Virus record (IMG/VR): IMGVR_UViG_3300027756_000004
Source of the DNA: a virus
Direction: 5' to 3' (one strand)
Length of the DNA stretch: 64,000 nt
Part shown: one piece after another, positions 57,501 through 64,000 of the stretch
Layout of the letters: each line of letters opens with the position of its first letter
Position numbering within the stretch: position 1 is the stretch's first letter
Position numbers and translations under genes: made by a program
Notes under the pieces: model-generated
Databases searched by the model: none
The model's input: only the letters and a program-made list of their open reading frames with translations
What the model was told of the DNA's origin: nothing

Positions 57501-60331
57501 AATTGAGCTCCATTTAGATACACCTGCACTGCATTGGTGCTTAATGCGGACATGTTAAATGCTTTGCTTAAGGCAAAATATATGTTGCTGTTATCATAAA
57601 CTTTAAAAGATAATTTTTTTGCAGCTCCATACGGAATCATATCACTGAAATAAAAAGGCATATTAGAGTTTTTATCAGTGTTAATAGTTTGCATGATTAA
57701 GTCAACGTGTTCGCGTACTGTGCCTCCAAATCCAGAATTTTCTGCTGTTTGTAAAAATATTTTTTTAAATTTGTCATATTCTTTAGCAGCATACGCAATT
57801 GATTTAATTACGTTTGCTTGTTTTTCCGCTACATGATACAATGCTAAATTTATTGGTGCACTGTGCTGCACAAACTTAGTACCATATATTGTCATATTAC
57901 CTAGATCTCTTAGATTGTTGGATCCTGGACTGATGCCCGAGAATGTTTCTAAATTTTCAATTATGCTGTCCACGTGATTGTTGACTTCGCCAAAAGTAAA
58001 ACTGGAGATGTTGCTGTTAAAAGGATTACTCTGTAAATTAATAGGCATCTCATAATATCCTGCAGAAGTTTTTACTTCATTGCAGTGAGTCTTCAGTATT
58101 ATGGATTGATTTTCTTTTAATTTTTTAGACAGTCTCACATATTTGACATCATTCTTAACAAACGTGGTAAATTCATGTGACTGCAATAACTTTCTGTTGA
58201 CATAAACTTTAAGGATTAAATTTTGTATTAATCCACTGTTTTCATACTGATCAATGGCAAAGTCGTTGGTGCGTGCAGTGCCAACATACTGTCTTATTAT
58301 CATTTGTCTGCTGTTGTGTGCGGCCTTGCTCCAACCATGAGCATACACTTTTGTCGTTCTTGTGCTGAATTTTTTTAGATAACCTACATCTGTATTTTTA
58401 GATACTAATGCATCACCTGATTGATAACTGAAAGAATCTATCAATAAGTTAAAATCATATACTATGTCACCCACATTGTTGACATTTCTATAAGATAAAG
58501 GAAATCCCAACTCCGAGTCATTCACACCTGTGCCTATTTTGTAACTAAAAACTTTATTGCCTGTGAAACTAGAACTAAAATACTTTGTTTGATCAGCAAA
58601 ACTTACCCCTGCGCTGTCGCAAAGATCAAACAACGGTGCTTGATTAGGTTTGGTTTTTTCTTGAGCTTGTTTCCAAGTGGTTCCGTCATAATAAAACGTT
58701 TTACCTTTGTTAACTTGCCCGTTCAAAATTAAAACCACTTCATTTTCTAAAGGTTGTGAATCTGCAATCTCTTGCAAAGATATTTGCTTATTTGTTGGGT
58801 CACCATCGCCGCCAAAGTTGATAATTTGTACTTCAAATATTTTGTTTTTTACCAGTATGTCTGTATCAGCTGTCACCAGTATCCTCATGCCGTTGACCAA
58901 ATCCACTCCATCCACATTGTAGCCTGTGGCGCCCTCTATGGTGGAAAAAACATCTGTGGTGAATGTGTCAATCACATCCACATATTGTTTGGCAAATGTG
59001 CCAAATTGATACAATTTTAAACCAGCATCAAATTCAATAATGGGTCTTTGCGCTCTCAAAGACTCGTCCACTTCTAATGGCACACCATTGTATGTGGCCA
59101 CTGCCTGTATCACTGACTTGTGAGTCCATTTGTTGATTCTTGACCAAGGATTTCTGTCTGGTGAATTTTTCTTAATTACTATATAATCTTTCACATCTGC
59201 ATTCAAATCATCTATGTCAAATGTTGCTTTGTCAAAAAAGTCTCCTGCATTGTCAAATGCATCAAGATTATCATCCGCAATATCACTGGGCACAGCAAGA
59301 TCTTGTTCATTCACTAATACAATGGCTTCGCCAACACCTTCCACATACCAATCATTTTGTGCATATTGGATAGGAGTAACATTGCCTTTAAAATTAACTT
59401 TCATACCATTAGATAATGATATACCGTTGGTTAAAGTATAGTCTTTCTTGCCTAGAATTTCTTTTGACACATCTATTTCACTGTTTTCTTCTATGTTAGC
59501 AATTTGTATCAATCCGTAGGCATTGATATCATTGGCAGCTACATAATAAAGTATGTCTGGAGTGTTTGCATCCACCACAAAAGTTATTATGCCTTGCTCA
59601 ACATTTTGATCACTCACACCGTTGGGAGAGTCTACAAAATTAAAATCTGAATCTAAAGTTCTTGCTGTTTTGATTGTGAATGGCAAGCCTGGAGTATTAA
59701 TATCAAAACGATAGGTTATGCCTCTGTACAAAATAAGCGTAGCATTCACTGTTTGACCATCAGGTGTGATCATGTAGGCCACATTGTCTTGATTATCACT
59801 CAGCGTCACTGTATAAGTGCTTTGTACTTGCTGTTGTAAACCTGTGATGGTGATGGGGTTAGGGCCATAGGTCAACCAATAGTATTCTCTAAAATTTATA
59901 AACTTGTCCCAGTCTATATTGGGATTCCAACTGTAGTATTCTGCAGCATTTAAAACACTGTGGTTGTCCACAACACCACCCAGACTTTTTATTTGGTTGA
60001 TGTAATCCACATAATCTTTGTAAAACAAAACATTGTTAAGATTGTCTCTGCGTACTACCACAGGCTCTAATTGATAGTTTTGTCTATCATCACTGACTTC
60101 ATTGATGTAGTTGTCATTAGGCACAAACGCTTGGGCATTTTTTCTGCCATAAAATGCACTTACTTTTTCAACTGTACCAGGATTTAAAAGTTGATCTAAT
60201 GTACTGTATAAAAATTTTGTGTTGGTGGGAGTTCTAAAATATCTTGGCAGTAAATCGCTTGATTTACGACTTACAGAACCATCTGCTGATGTGGGAAGTG
60301 CTGACTCTTCTTGATTGTTATCGTATGCCAT
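45581..60331 (-). CDS. Giant (4916 aa) virion structural protein, probably baseplate wedge-associated
   Basis: Uninterrupted ORF directly downstream of a gp6-like gene. Contains FG-GAP-like repeats, GSGY repeats and GDGST repeats. Confidence 0.75.
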   Translation of the reverse strand: MAYDNNQEESALPTSADGSVSRKSSDLLPRYFRTPTNTKFLYSTLDQLLNPGTVEKVSAFYGRKNAQAFVPNDNYINEVSDDRQNYQLEPVVVRRDNLNNVLFYKDYVDYINQIKSLGGVVDNHSVLNAAEYYSWNPNIDWDKFINFREYYWLTYGPNPITITGLQQQVQSTYTVTLSDNQDNVAYMITPDGQTVNATLILYRGITYRFDINTPGLPFTIKTARTLDSDFNFVDSPNGVSDQNVEQGIITFVVDANTPDILYYVAANDINAYGLIQIANIEENSEIDVSKEILGKKDYTLTNGISLSNGMKVNFKGNVTPIQYAQNDWYVEGVGEAIVLVNEQDLAVPSDIADDNLDAFDNAGDFFDKATFDIDDLNADVKDYIVIKKNSPDRNPWSRINKWTHKSVIQAVATYNGVPLEVDESLRAQRPIIEFDAGLKLYQFGTFAKQYVDVIDTFTTDVFSTIEGATGYNVDGVDLVNGMRILVTADTDILVKNKIFEVQIINFGGDGDPTNKQISLQEIADSQPLENEVVLILNGQVNKGKTFYYDGTTWKQAQEKTKPNQAPLFDLCDSAGVSFADQTKYFSSSFTGNKVFSYKIGTGVNDSELGFPLSYRNVNNVGDIVYDFNLLIDSFSYQSGDALVSKNTDVGYLKKFSTRTTKVYAHGWSKAAHNSRQMIIRQYVGTARTNDFAIDQYENSGLIQNLILKVYVNRKLLQSHEFTTFVKNDVKYVRLSKKLKENQSIILKTHCNEVKTSAGYYEMPINLQSNPFNSNISSFTFGEVNNHVDSIIENLETFSGISPGSNNLRDLGNMTIYGTKFVQHSAPINLALYHVAEKQANVIKSIAYAAKEYDKFKKIFLQTAENSGFGGTVREHVDLIMQTINTDKNSNMPFYFSDMIPYGAAKKLSFKVYDNSNIYFALSKAFNMSALSTNAVQVYLNGAQLLHGSDYTFNNENFCVISKSLSENDLVEIFEYESTIGNHVPATPTKLGMYPKYKPVIYQDDTLVNPVAVLQGHDGSLMVAYGDYRDNLLLELEKRIYNNIKIQYDKDIRNVHDFIPSTYRDTVYKIENIDQSIIDDFIRWNSVAGASDYTDNFFYDSLNDFTFNHSHMLSPTGKSLPGFWRAVYKQAYDTDRPHSHPWEMLGFSEQPTWWNTQYGPAPYTKDNLILWEDLQAGVIREPGKKLVYDKRYKRDNLLNHLPVDEDGKLLSPIQSNYAKNFILTLSTEKFKFGDHAPVETAWRRSSNYPFAVLKAMMLNRPAYTMGVNFDVSRITKNITNEIVNSVTEKRIALKDLIFPNSRADENLVLTSGLINYIANYIKTDVLTNYTDYKESVMNLTQQLGFRVKGFTEKQKFKLLLDSRSPLNKSNVFVPEENYDIHLNVSSPVDVLVYSGIVIEKIAKGFVIKGYDSNYPKFKYFEPIKKTDDQVKKIGAVSSQYVIWTSGKRYTATQIVQFRNQFYSAKIDHFSDNQFDGKKFQKLSELPTEGGVVATFSKNFTDTVSTIDYGTVMSTQQEVVDFILGYAKYLESKGFIFDVFNKEINTIENWFLSAQEFLFWTTQNWRSGAVLALSPAANTLKLKTEYTVADNIFDNFYDYAVLRADGVKIISQRLQVVRQGNSFSLTTKNTNEGIYFVKIPLVQKEHVVMIDNVTVFNDIIYDLAPGYRQERINVIGYVVSDWNGSLDVPGFVYDEVIVKEWQVYTDYSMSDVVKYKEFFYSANVNVKGGNVFENKFWNKLDQRPVSVLRPNFEYKTNQFGDFYDLDTDNFDVSQQKLAQHLIGYQKREYLQNIINDDVAQYRFYQGFIQDKGTKNALSKMFDSLASANKDSIEFYEEWAIRTGQYGASQSFDEFEYLLDEKKFRLNPQPVLLTDDASPTDPDFVLRIKSDETYLRTINYNHRPFPLKLNQEEYVKTAGFVDPEDVNFTLKTYEDILSIDTTKLKFGQYVWIGFFKQSWNIYKHVKTELKIYTVAEQGNDVIINTNVPAVLAVDDIISVTIPQQNSTQLFKVKSVALDKITCAKNGATQITSNDGSSYGFLGKFVSAKLSNLQAINAKALEFIGFKDNDLFWIENNNLNDWAVLKNKKTFIKHQQILNYNTNSSGTYGQSIAVDDSNNVMVVADKNIGLLVYQRGSNSGQFTLRQVIDVPQDIWTGNADFGATLDISPDGKILVVGAPKASNVKSYYKGQYNISASYAIGDIVFHKQQLWRVVNPVLGQDPSVDFTTFSATSFWSEAHYDAGTGTYPEIKQMITGNYTFTGVGADHILIRATTDQYRGSAVGDTLVLYWNNLTTEYPTGNVPFGGNAVGIDKAFIDGPHVIDEKIDQIINIDLTITAPSVGNLLNTDTANGTVAYIFTQGTQSIIYLKNVTGNLVDAAQIRLGPTPVGDYTRILLEDYDSVAGWWKIDVPSPGTTSGKFDNKRSLVVRDIIKAGDPRTAFLYFNSLDTIATQAAGLPLAATSASQLSILSYYKTFSISGYSTFVGDVFDNRFLVRAPKQFSDVLPTATYDEVGIWFNTILTGTPATVIEPIALDLPFNDLNGVNEIIDKWNGFLRVDAQPDGLGLFYIPTIGSTVQDNDTGHTAEVAYVKVIGFNLLQIYIKNKTGPFSLGSTLGPSTALILVGTPNRTVGIIQVSELENAVSGSLLVFDAGAVLTPTSNSAYHFINGLEYYLYQDITQDGISRGASVPSKVNRDYVQTFNIPAGVGYTSGLTEQGIFLVYQRQRNNSYVLTNNFIVPAAQPAIVSSAGNFLGLGSSIKLRQHNNVNTLFVGTATTNGGTGAGRLYFFKKANLDFQVSVDANYTGLFDSTDTYYTDDLVAYNDVIFKSLTTQGPGSFNATFWEAQTEGTDYLGFVPPGVPQGIAPGSPPVIFPTLEGDSTQNIQAPLAFGVAFDINDSGSVLAVSIDDQLDSTIEKKVIVYRLINNRYQFSQTIVSPDSGEDNTEFASKIAISSDGMFLAVSSPRADQSTTDGGVVYIYKQINGVFQSVQTLISPQPKATERFGNNIDFDGSTLVVSSLNGDTELNFTLDQGLTYFDRGATTFNTKVYNTGSIYVYEDYNGVLIYADEFSINNTNLNEFGKNLKIVDNHVYASLPYYINDLASPNTEGLIINFRKPADARTWASHKSPMYPVDVNKVKSIFLYNVKTKKLLSRLDYLDPVQGKIAGTAEQELYYKTNYDPAVYTSAAQTDVTLDVQTSWNKEQVGRLWWNLSTVKFYNAYQNNIIFANNYWNKMFPGSSIDVCEWVESIYTPQEYNTLGASNSAASILAGISGTALYNNSTYAIRRMYDYVSKSFSNRYYFWVKNKKTLPNMEGRKLSAFDVAQLIEDPRKQFYRYVTLLNNNKFSLHNISNLLENTDVAINFSFWNIEDKNINIHNQYQLISDGVNYSKPKKEIEAVWFNSLIGYDEHYNTVPDEKLSVKYKYGTLRKPRQSWFVNRVEALKQAIERVNAVCSKNLIVFNNNISRLSESEKKPNSVKRFYDLTRDSFADLSFVATANVTPATLIPVIEDGKIINVIITASGSGYKVAPTYKIIDPTGTGTGADFTLQINVSGQINNVLINRGGSNYSTSTRIEVRKFSVLIESDANVNGKWAIYSWDNVEGVYNRTMLQAYNVNLFWNYIDWYAEGYGKFTEINYNVSDSYKLQLIDDEIGDIVKIENIGTGGWILLEKIANLLNVDYTINYKTVGRQNGTIQFSKQLYDFSASVTVGFNSTSYDLATYDFQPIAETRIILETIRDYIFVDELEIEYNQLFFASLRYVFNEQSFVDWAFKTSFVKGKHNVGELSQKVVYKNDNLENYQDYISEVKPYKTKVREYISAYESIDNDPVGVTDFDLPATYNAATNKIEASVAKIINDQLVGYNLADTYPNKHWLNNLGFKIKEIKISNPGSGYLGIPVLHISGGGGTGATATAYVTNGRVTRIEITNKGSGYISAPTISIQGTVSAGGYTATAVAVLGEALIKSTHIRVKFDRTTGTLLITDLVRTENFVGTGNQLKFLLKWPINLKSNKITVTVNQRRALFSEYVYNNAEDTSKSYIRSKGFVTFFQPPTVGSTIQIQYEIDANVLQTQDRVNLLYDPVTGQLGKDLGQLIEGIDYGGVEVRSFSFGGGAGWDADPFFTSTWDTYDTTFEDEVFRLDGSTNTFNLSKPLAAGVNYNIYKNGVRIDDPNFGTVNPVTNVNALMKTIIGDGSTSVVQINEQTIPTVNNDLIVIRKSSSDGSFLPDPDAYDTLLQGGNLAYNTATGILAQDIIVDGDGFVTPTTSKGPEELVPGQVLDTVDIQVYDRSGETGSRINSYNYKGNGSTTTFTIDSLPQSQDSVFVKVNNIIVSNTNFTTDFPSKTLVFNSAPANNAQINIITMSINGEGIIDTDQFLGDGSTFIFVTRAKFTSNQSSYVKVNGETVSYVLGETDSGYQYTGKTLINFAVPPAQGSIITYVIYASVAKTFSEVTYDDFLGDGSTAVYTLSPTPFNQEPLTHNVIVKIGNSVLNAGYNERFDVSAIREYALNNWQQPAATVLRTDVRAFLNGLELTSTEYRWESANSSVVLETGVGTVGDKLKVYVISDGDYTVVGNVLTLDTAPTIGQTIKVWQFTNHDVEQIDRINYDVVARSSLTVNSEDYFEYQNLTNGIIRLRDPALDAQYVWVSVNGTTLAPSVDYKISNDQQLLKINTPLQLNDVIDIVHFTAPKYNVKFGFRQFKDMLNRTHFKRLGNDYKYYLTQTLHWYSQEIFLANTQGLTVPNPSFGRPGVLFIDGERIEYFLKLDNRLAQLRRGTLGTGIKSLYAVGTEVFDQSAFQTVPYSDETVTEVFNSDGSTENLTLSWIPRSVNEFEVFVAGKRLRKNSIRQYNATLGMDSPEADVILPAEFSVTGSSTTLALTVAPPINTRITVVRRLGRVWNAYTALSQTENDIARFLRAKEVSLPQ

Positions 60332-60333
60332 TT

Positions 60334-63300
60334 TTAATAACCATATCCTCCAGAAGATCCAGAGCTTCCAGAAGATCCAGAGCCTCCGCTACTGTTAGAA
60401 CTGGTAGCAACACTGCTGGTGCCACTGGTGATGCCTGTGTTGATTGTGTTGGTAGCAGTGACCACAAAGCCATCTGCTCTCAATTTAGAAGCAGTCAATG
60501 CATCAATTATTTCCACATCCTGCACAGTTGCCCCACTGATGAAAATTTCATCACTTTCAGATTTAATTTCATACAGACTACCAAATGTTTGCACAGCCTG
60601 ATCAGGCACAATCACAAAAGTAACTATGTCTGGAGCCAGTTGAGTCATTACGTAGGTGCTTAGTTCTGAGAAATAAAATGTATCTCCAAAATCCCAATTT
60701 TCTAGATTAAAATATTGATTGATTGCCTGTATTACACGCACTTTGATATCATCATTGTTTGTGACTTCGTTTAGGTTTTTAACCAATTTAAATGTGGCTT
60801 GAAATTTAGATTCTGATTTGTCACCAAATAAAACTTTGTATTTCACTGGGTGATATATTACTTCATCACTGATAGATTTGATTAGATTAATTTGTTGCCC
60901 AAAATTCTTATACATATTATCTGAACTTAATGGCAATGGTTTGTTCTCTATTGTTCCATCCAACCATGATCTAAAAGAGATGTCGTATGATCTTGTTAAC
61001 AAAAACACATCTATAATATTAGTTACACTAGGATCTATTCTAGTAGCACTATCTGCACTGTGAACATATTGAAATTTTAATTGAGATCTGCCTAAATGTG
61101 CCTTATAGTTGCCAGTCACAGCAATAGTTAAAGTGGCTTTTGATAGTTTTTTAAATACATTTGTCACTGAATTGTAAAATACAGTGTCAGTATCATATGA
61201 ACTATAAGCTCCTATCTGATTTTCACTGGTTATTGTTACAATATTTTCTAAATCTGTTGATACATAATTAAAATCTTCCACTCCTGCTGTGGTAATTTTC
61301 TTCTGAAATATATAATTGTTATTGGCTACAATATTTTTGAAAGCGTCTGGATTATCCATCAGTCCATCATCATCAGAATCAAACTGAGTGACTTCAATTT
61401 TTTTGCTGTCAACATAGCCTTGAGTATCTCTGTACTCTTGCAGCACTTGCCAATCAACGTGGCTTTGCATAGGCGTAAGTATTCCTGGAGCATTGTTGAT
61501 AGATAGCACAGAAATTTTATCTTTAATCACTTTACCTACGTTAGCCACGTAATCTTTGTTGTTGCTGTCATAGAAAAAACGTATTTCTTTGTCACTTTCA
61601 AAAACATATCTCACTCCTCTATAGGTCACTGTGTATAAATCAGTGTCAGTGGTGAACAACAACAGCCAACTGGCATCCAGTTGTTGATTAGTGTTGTCTC
61701 CTGTTTTTCCTGTGCTAAAACTACCAAACAAATTTAAGTTAGTTTCATCAATCACCACCCAATCTCTCACAGCAGTGTTGTATCTTAAACCAAATACACT
61801 GTTAGAAAATATTTTATCCAACATTTGTAATTTGATATCACTGGATAGCACTTTTGAAAATTTTGCAATAATTTGTGTTAATATTGCTCCTGTAGGAACA
61901 ATATCATTGAATACGATAGGTCCTGTGCCATCCGCTTGAATTACTGTGCCACTGTCAATCACTCTAATCACTGTGGTCCATAGAAAGTCAGTAGCTCCTG
62001 GATGATTGGCAGACCCTTGCATCAGTGTGCCGTCAGGCATGAAATGATAGCCTATGGGCGCAACAAATTTACATTGTGCTTGTGGTTCTAAATATTTTAA
62101 AACACTTTGTGTGAATGTTCCCACTGCAATTTTTTTATTGTCCACATCCTGTAAACCACCTGTGGAGATATTGCTGCCTGAACTGCTTTGATACCAATAA
62201 TAATTAACATCTGTGGTTAATATTAATGGAAAATTGTCTTGATAAAAGTTAAAAAGTTTTTTTTCAGAAACCAAAGGTTCAATCACATTGTTGATCACTC
62301 CTTCTATGTCTGTTCTGCTGACATAACTGAACGTGATGCTGTTGTCTATTCTTTCTTTGTAAATGATTCCATCATTGCCAAATATGTTAGTGCTGCTGTA
62401 TTTGCTGGTGGCATCTAACAGGTCAAAATATCTTGAAATTCCACTGCTGGTTCTATTAACTGACTTAACTTTAATAATTTCTTGATTGGTTGACAATGGA
62501 GCCACATTGTAATCTTCACCTGTAATCATTCTGTTTTGAGTGTAATAAGTGGATGGAGCATTGCTTCTTATAGATGCTGTGGTTTCTGAATTGCTGGCAT
62601 TGTCAATGGTGTATTGCAATGACATAGCAATGGTGAGTGTTTCAGTTTTGCCTGATGCACTGAGATAGTCCACTTGAATTTCTATATTTGCCATATCGGC
62701 TGGCACTATTTTAAATTGTCTGTTATCACTCACTCTATAATAGGCTCTGAACCCGCCTTTGGGTAAATTGCCAAAAGTTCCATCTGCAAATTGCAGATTG
62801 ATTCTGTCTTCTGTTCTAGTAATCACACTGTAAATATTTCTAATACCTTTAGCAGTGCTGTTGTAAATCACATTGTTGCCCTCTGTGGCACTAACTTTGG
62901 TCCATAATTCTTGTTCTACTTTGTTGCTGTTCAGAGAATAAAGCCATACATCAGTTTGATTGATATTGTCAGCATCAATGCTCACTATTTGGTTGGGTGT
63001 GGATAGTGCCACATTAAAATCCCCTTGCTGCAGTACACCTTGTCTAAAATGAAAAAAGAATCCTGTGTGGCTGCTGGAGTATCCTTTGCCATCATCTTTG
63101 TACAAACAAGATAATTTATTTGTGGGTAATGGCGCCAATTCTTCAACGATGCCTGCATTCACATCCACTGATACCACTTCAAATTGTGTGTTTCTTCCGT
63201 CTATGCTTTTGGAAAAAGTAAACACTGGAGTTTCCTGTAAATTAGAATTGAATTGATATTGTTCCACAGGAACACCATCCACTGTGTCTTTTTTGTTGGG

Positions 63301-63816
63301 ACGACCCACTTTGGTGTTGACTGGTAGTGCAGCATTCATTACTTTTATAAATTGCTCATACCAATCTGGATTACTGGTATCATTCCATATTATGGTTTGA
63401 TTGGCAATGTTCACATTGTTGCTGTCAATGATTCCTTCTGTAGTGGAAATTGATTGCATTTTTAAAAGTCCATTGGCACACTGATTTCTTTTGGCATTGT
63501 AGCTCAGCAGTCTAGCCAGTCTCAACACAGATTCTCTGCGCTCTGCTAATTCAATAAAATTTTCTCTAGCATTGAGGTCAATTCTAAAAGCAATATTTTG
63601 TCCCAAGAAAGCAATCAAATCAATCAAGGCAAGGTATTCACTGCTTTCTAAATAGTCATTGAAATCTTCTGGATAATTTTGACGCAGATATCCAATCATG
63701 GATCTGCGAAGATTGTCAAAATCGTAGCTGGTAAAGTCAGCGTTTCTAAAGCTCTGATAGACCTTTCTCCAGTCTTCTGCCAGCAATAATTTATTCAATC
63801 TATCTGTGGATGACAT
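60334..63816 (-). CDS. Baseplate wedge subunit (T4 gp6-like)
   Basis: SYDFDNLRRSMIGYL, DFNDYLESSEYLALID, SVLRLARLLSY, LQFADGTFG and QNRMITGEDY. Confidence 0.8.
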   Translation of the reverse strand: MSSTDRLNKLLLAEDWRKVYQSFRNADFTSYDFDNLRRSMIGYLRQNYPEDFNDYLESSEYLALIDLIAFLGQNIAFRIDLNARENFIELAERRESVLRLARLLSYNAKRNQCANGLLKMQSISTTEGIIDSNNVNIANQTIIWNDTSNPDWYEQFIKVMNAALPVNTKVGRPNKKDTVDGVPVEQYQFNSNLQETPVFTFSKSIDGRNTQFEVVSVDVNAGIVEELAPLPTNKLSCLYKDDGKGYSSSHTGFFFHFRQGVLQQGDFNVALSTPNQIVSIDADNINQTDVWLYSLNSNKVEQELWTKVSATEGNNVIYNSTAKGIRNIYSVITRTEDRINLQFADGTFGNLPKGGFRAYYRVSDNRQFKIVPADMANIEIQVDYLSASGKTETLTIAMSLQYTIDNASNSETTASIRSNAPSTYYTQNRMITGEDYNVAPLSTNQEIIKVKSVNRTSSGISRYFDLLDATSKYSSTNIFGNDGIIYKERIDNSITFSYVSRTDIEGVINNVIEPLVSEKKLFNFYQDNFPLILTTDVNYYWYQSSSGSNISTGGLQDVDNKKIAVGTFTQSVLKYLEPQAQCKFVAPIGYHFMPDGTLMQGSANHPGATDFLWTTVIRVIDSGTVIQADGTGPIVFNDIVPTGAILTQIIAKFSKVLSSDIKLQMLDKIFSNSVFGLRYNTAVRDWVVIDETNLNLFGSFSTGKTGDNTNQQLDASWLLLFTTDTDLYTVTYRGVRYVFESDKEIRFFYDSNNKDYVANVGKVIKDKISVLSINNAPGILTPMQSHVDWQVLQEYRDTQGYVDSKKIEVTQFDSDDDGLMDNPDAFKNIVANNNYIFQKKITTAGVEDFNYVSTDLENIVTITSENQIGAYSSYDTDTVFYNSVTNVFKKLSKATLTIAVTGNYKAHLGRSQLKFQYVHSADSATRIDPSVTNIIDVFLLTRSYDISFRSWLDGTIENKPLPLSSDNMYKNFGQQINLIKSISDEVIYHPVKYKVLFGDKSESKFQATFKLVKNLNEVTNNDDIKVRVIQAINQYFNLENWDFGDTFYFSELSTYVMTQLAPDIVTFVIVPDQAVQTFGSLYEIKSESDEIFISGATVQDVEIIDALTASKLRADGFVVTATNTINTGITSGTSSVATSSNSSGGSGSSGSSGSSGGYGY
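60349..60383 (-). repeat. 18-nt period tandem repeat encoding the Gly/Ser tail of the gp6-like protein
   Basis: TCCAGAAGATCCAGAGC at 60349-60365 and 60367-60383. Confidence 0.85.
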
Positions 63817-63836
63817 ATATCTCCGTTATATGAAGT

Positions 63837-63844
63837 TATTTATT
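63837..63844 (-). promoter_or_regulatory. Putative late promoter
   Basis: AATAAATA on the - strand, 20 nt upstream of the gp6-like ATG. Confidence 0.5.
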
Positions 63845-63870
63845 AGGTTTGATTAAATGCTCTGTTAATT

Positions 63871-64000
63871 CTAGCTGATTAAACCCAGTTTTTCATCAAA
63901 TTTTAAACGCAGACTTTCTGATATATTGTATGTAAGATAGGTGAGATCGCACTGTATTTGTATGCCACTTTCGTAGGTGTCAACAGTTACACCATTTACC
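63871..64000 (-). CDS. 3' end of a probable baseplate protein (gp25-like), truncated by the window
   Basis: Manual translation ...VNGVTVDTYESGIQIQCDLTYLTYNISESLRLKFDEKLGLIS*, located upstream of the gp6-like gene. Confidence 0.5.
   Translation of the reverse strand, partial: VNGVTVDTYESGIQIQCDLTYLTYNISESLRLKFDEKLGLIS

Noticed and set aside
45581-60331. Intein or intron explaining the giant ORF
   Set aside because: No intein splice or LAGLIDADG motifs recognised. The ORF is continuous and structural in composition.
1-64000. Stop-codon reassignment, tRNAs, CRISPR arrays, integrase or transposase
   Set aside because: Genes tile the window under the standard code, with TAA, TAG and TGA all used as stops. 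Intergenic gaps are short and show no cloverleaf or repeat-spacer pattern.

Overview
This window looks like part of a large, AT-rich, T4-like (myovirus or jumbo) bacteriophage genome. It is densely coding in the standard genetic code, and I see no tRNA, CRISPR array or mobile element. From 1 to 11.2 kb (+ strand) lie nucleotide and DNA metabolism genes and unknowns: a PRTase, a HIT protein, two SGNH-like proteins, folE, queE, a T4-type RNase H and a MoxR AAA+/vWA pair, with two strong sigma70-type promoters. A fibre-like virion gene occupies 11.3-12.6 kb. From 12.6 to 37.8 kb is a ~25-kb island made almost entirely of chemical tailoring enzymes. It holds 7 radical SAM proteins, 8 HxD..H (2OG/Fe-type) oxygenases including a 4-gene tandem array, a desaturase, a class III aminotransferase, an amidinotransferase, an SDR, a QueC-like PP-loop enzyme, an SGNH protein, a methyltransferase, 2 degenerate kinase-like proteins and 4 glycosyltransferase-like genes. 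From 38.3 to 64 kb (- strand) is a baseplate and tail module with a 4916-aa giant structural protein. A T4-late-like TAAATA/TAAGTA motif precedes both the structural genes and the transcription units of the island. The main hypothesis, which is inference, is a late-expressed phage system that chemically decorates virion proteins, glycans or host envelope. All family calls come from motifs read by eye; no database searches were run.
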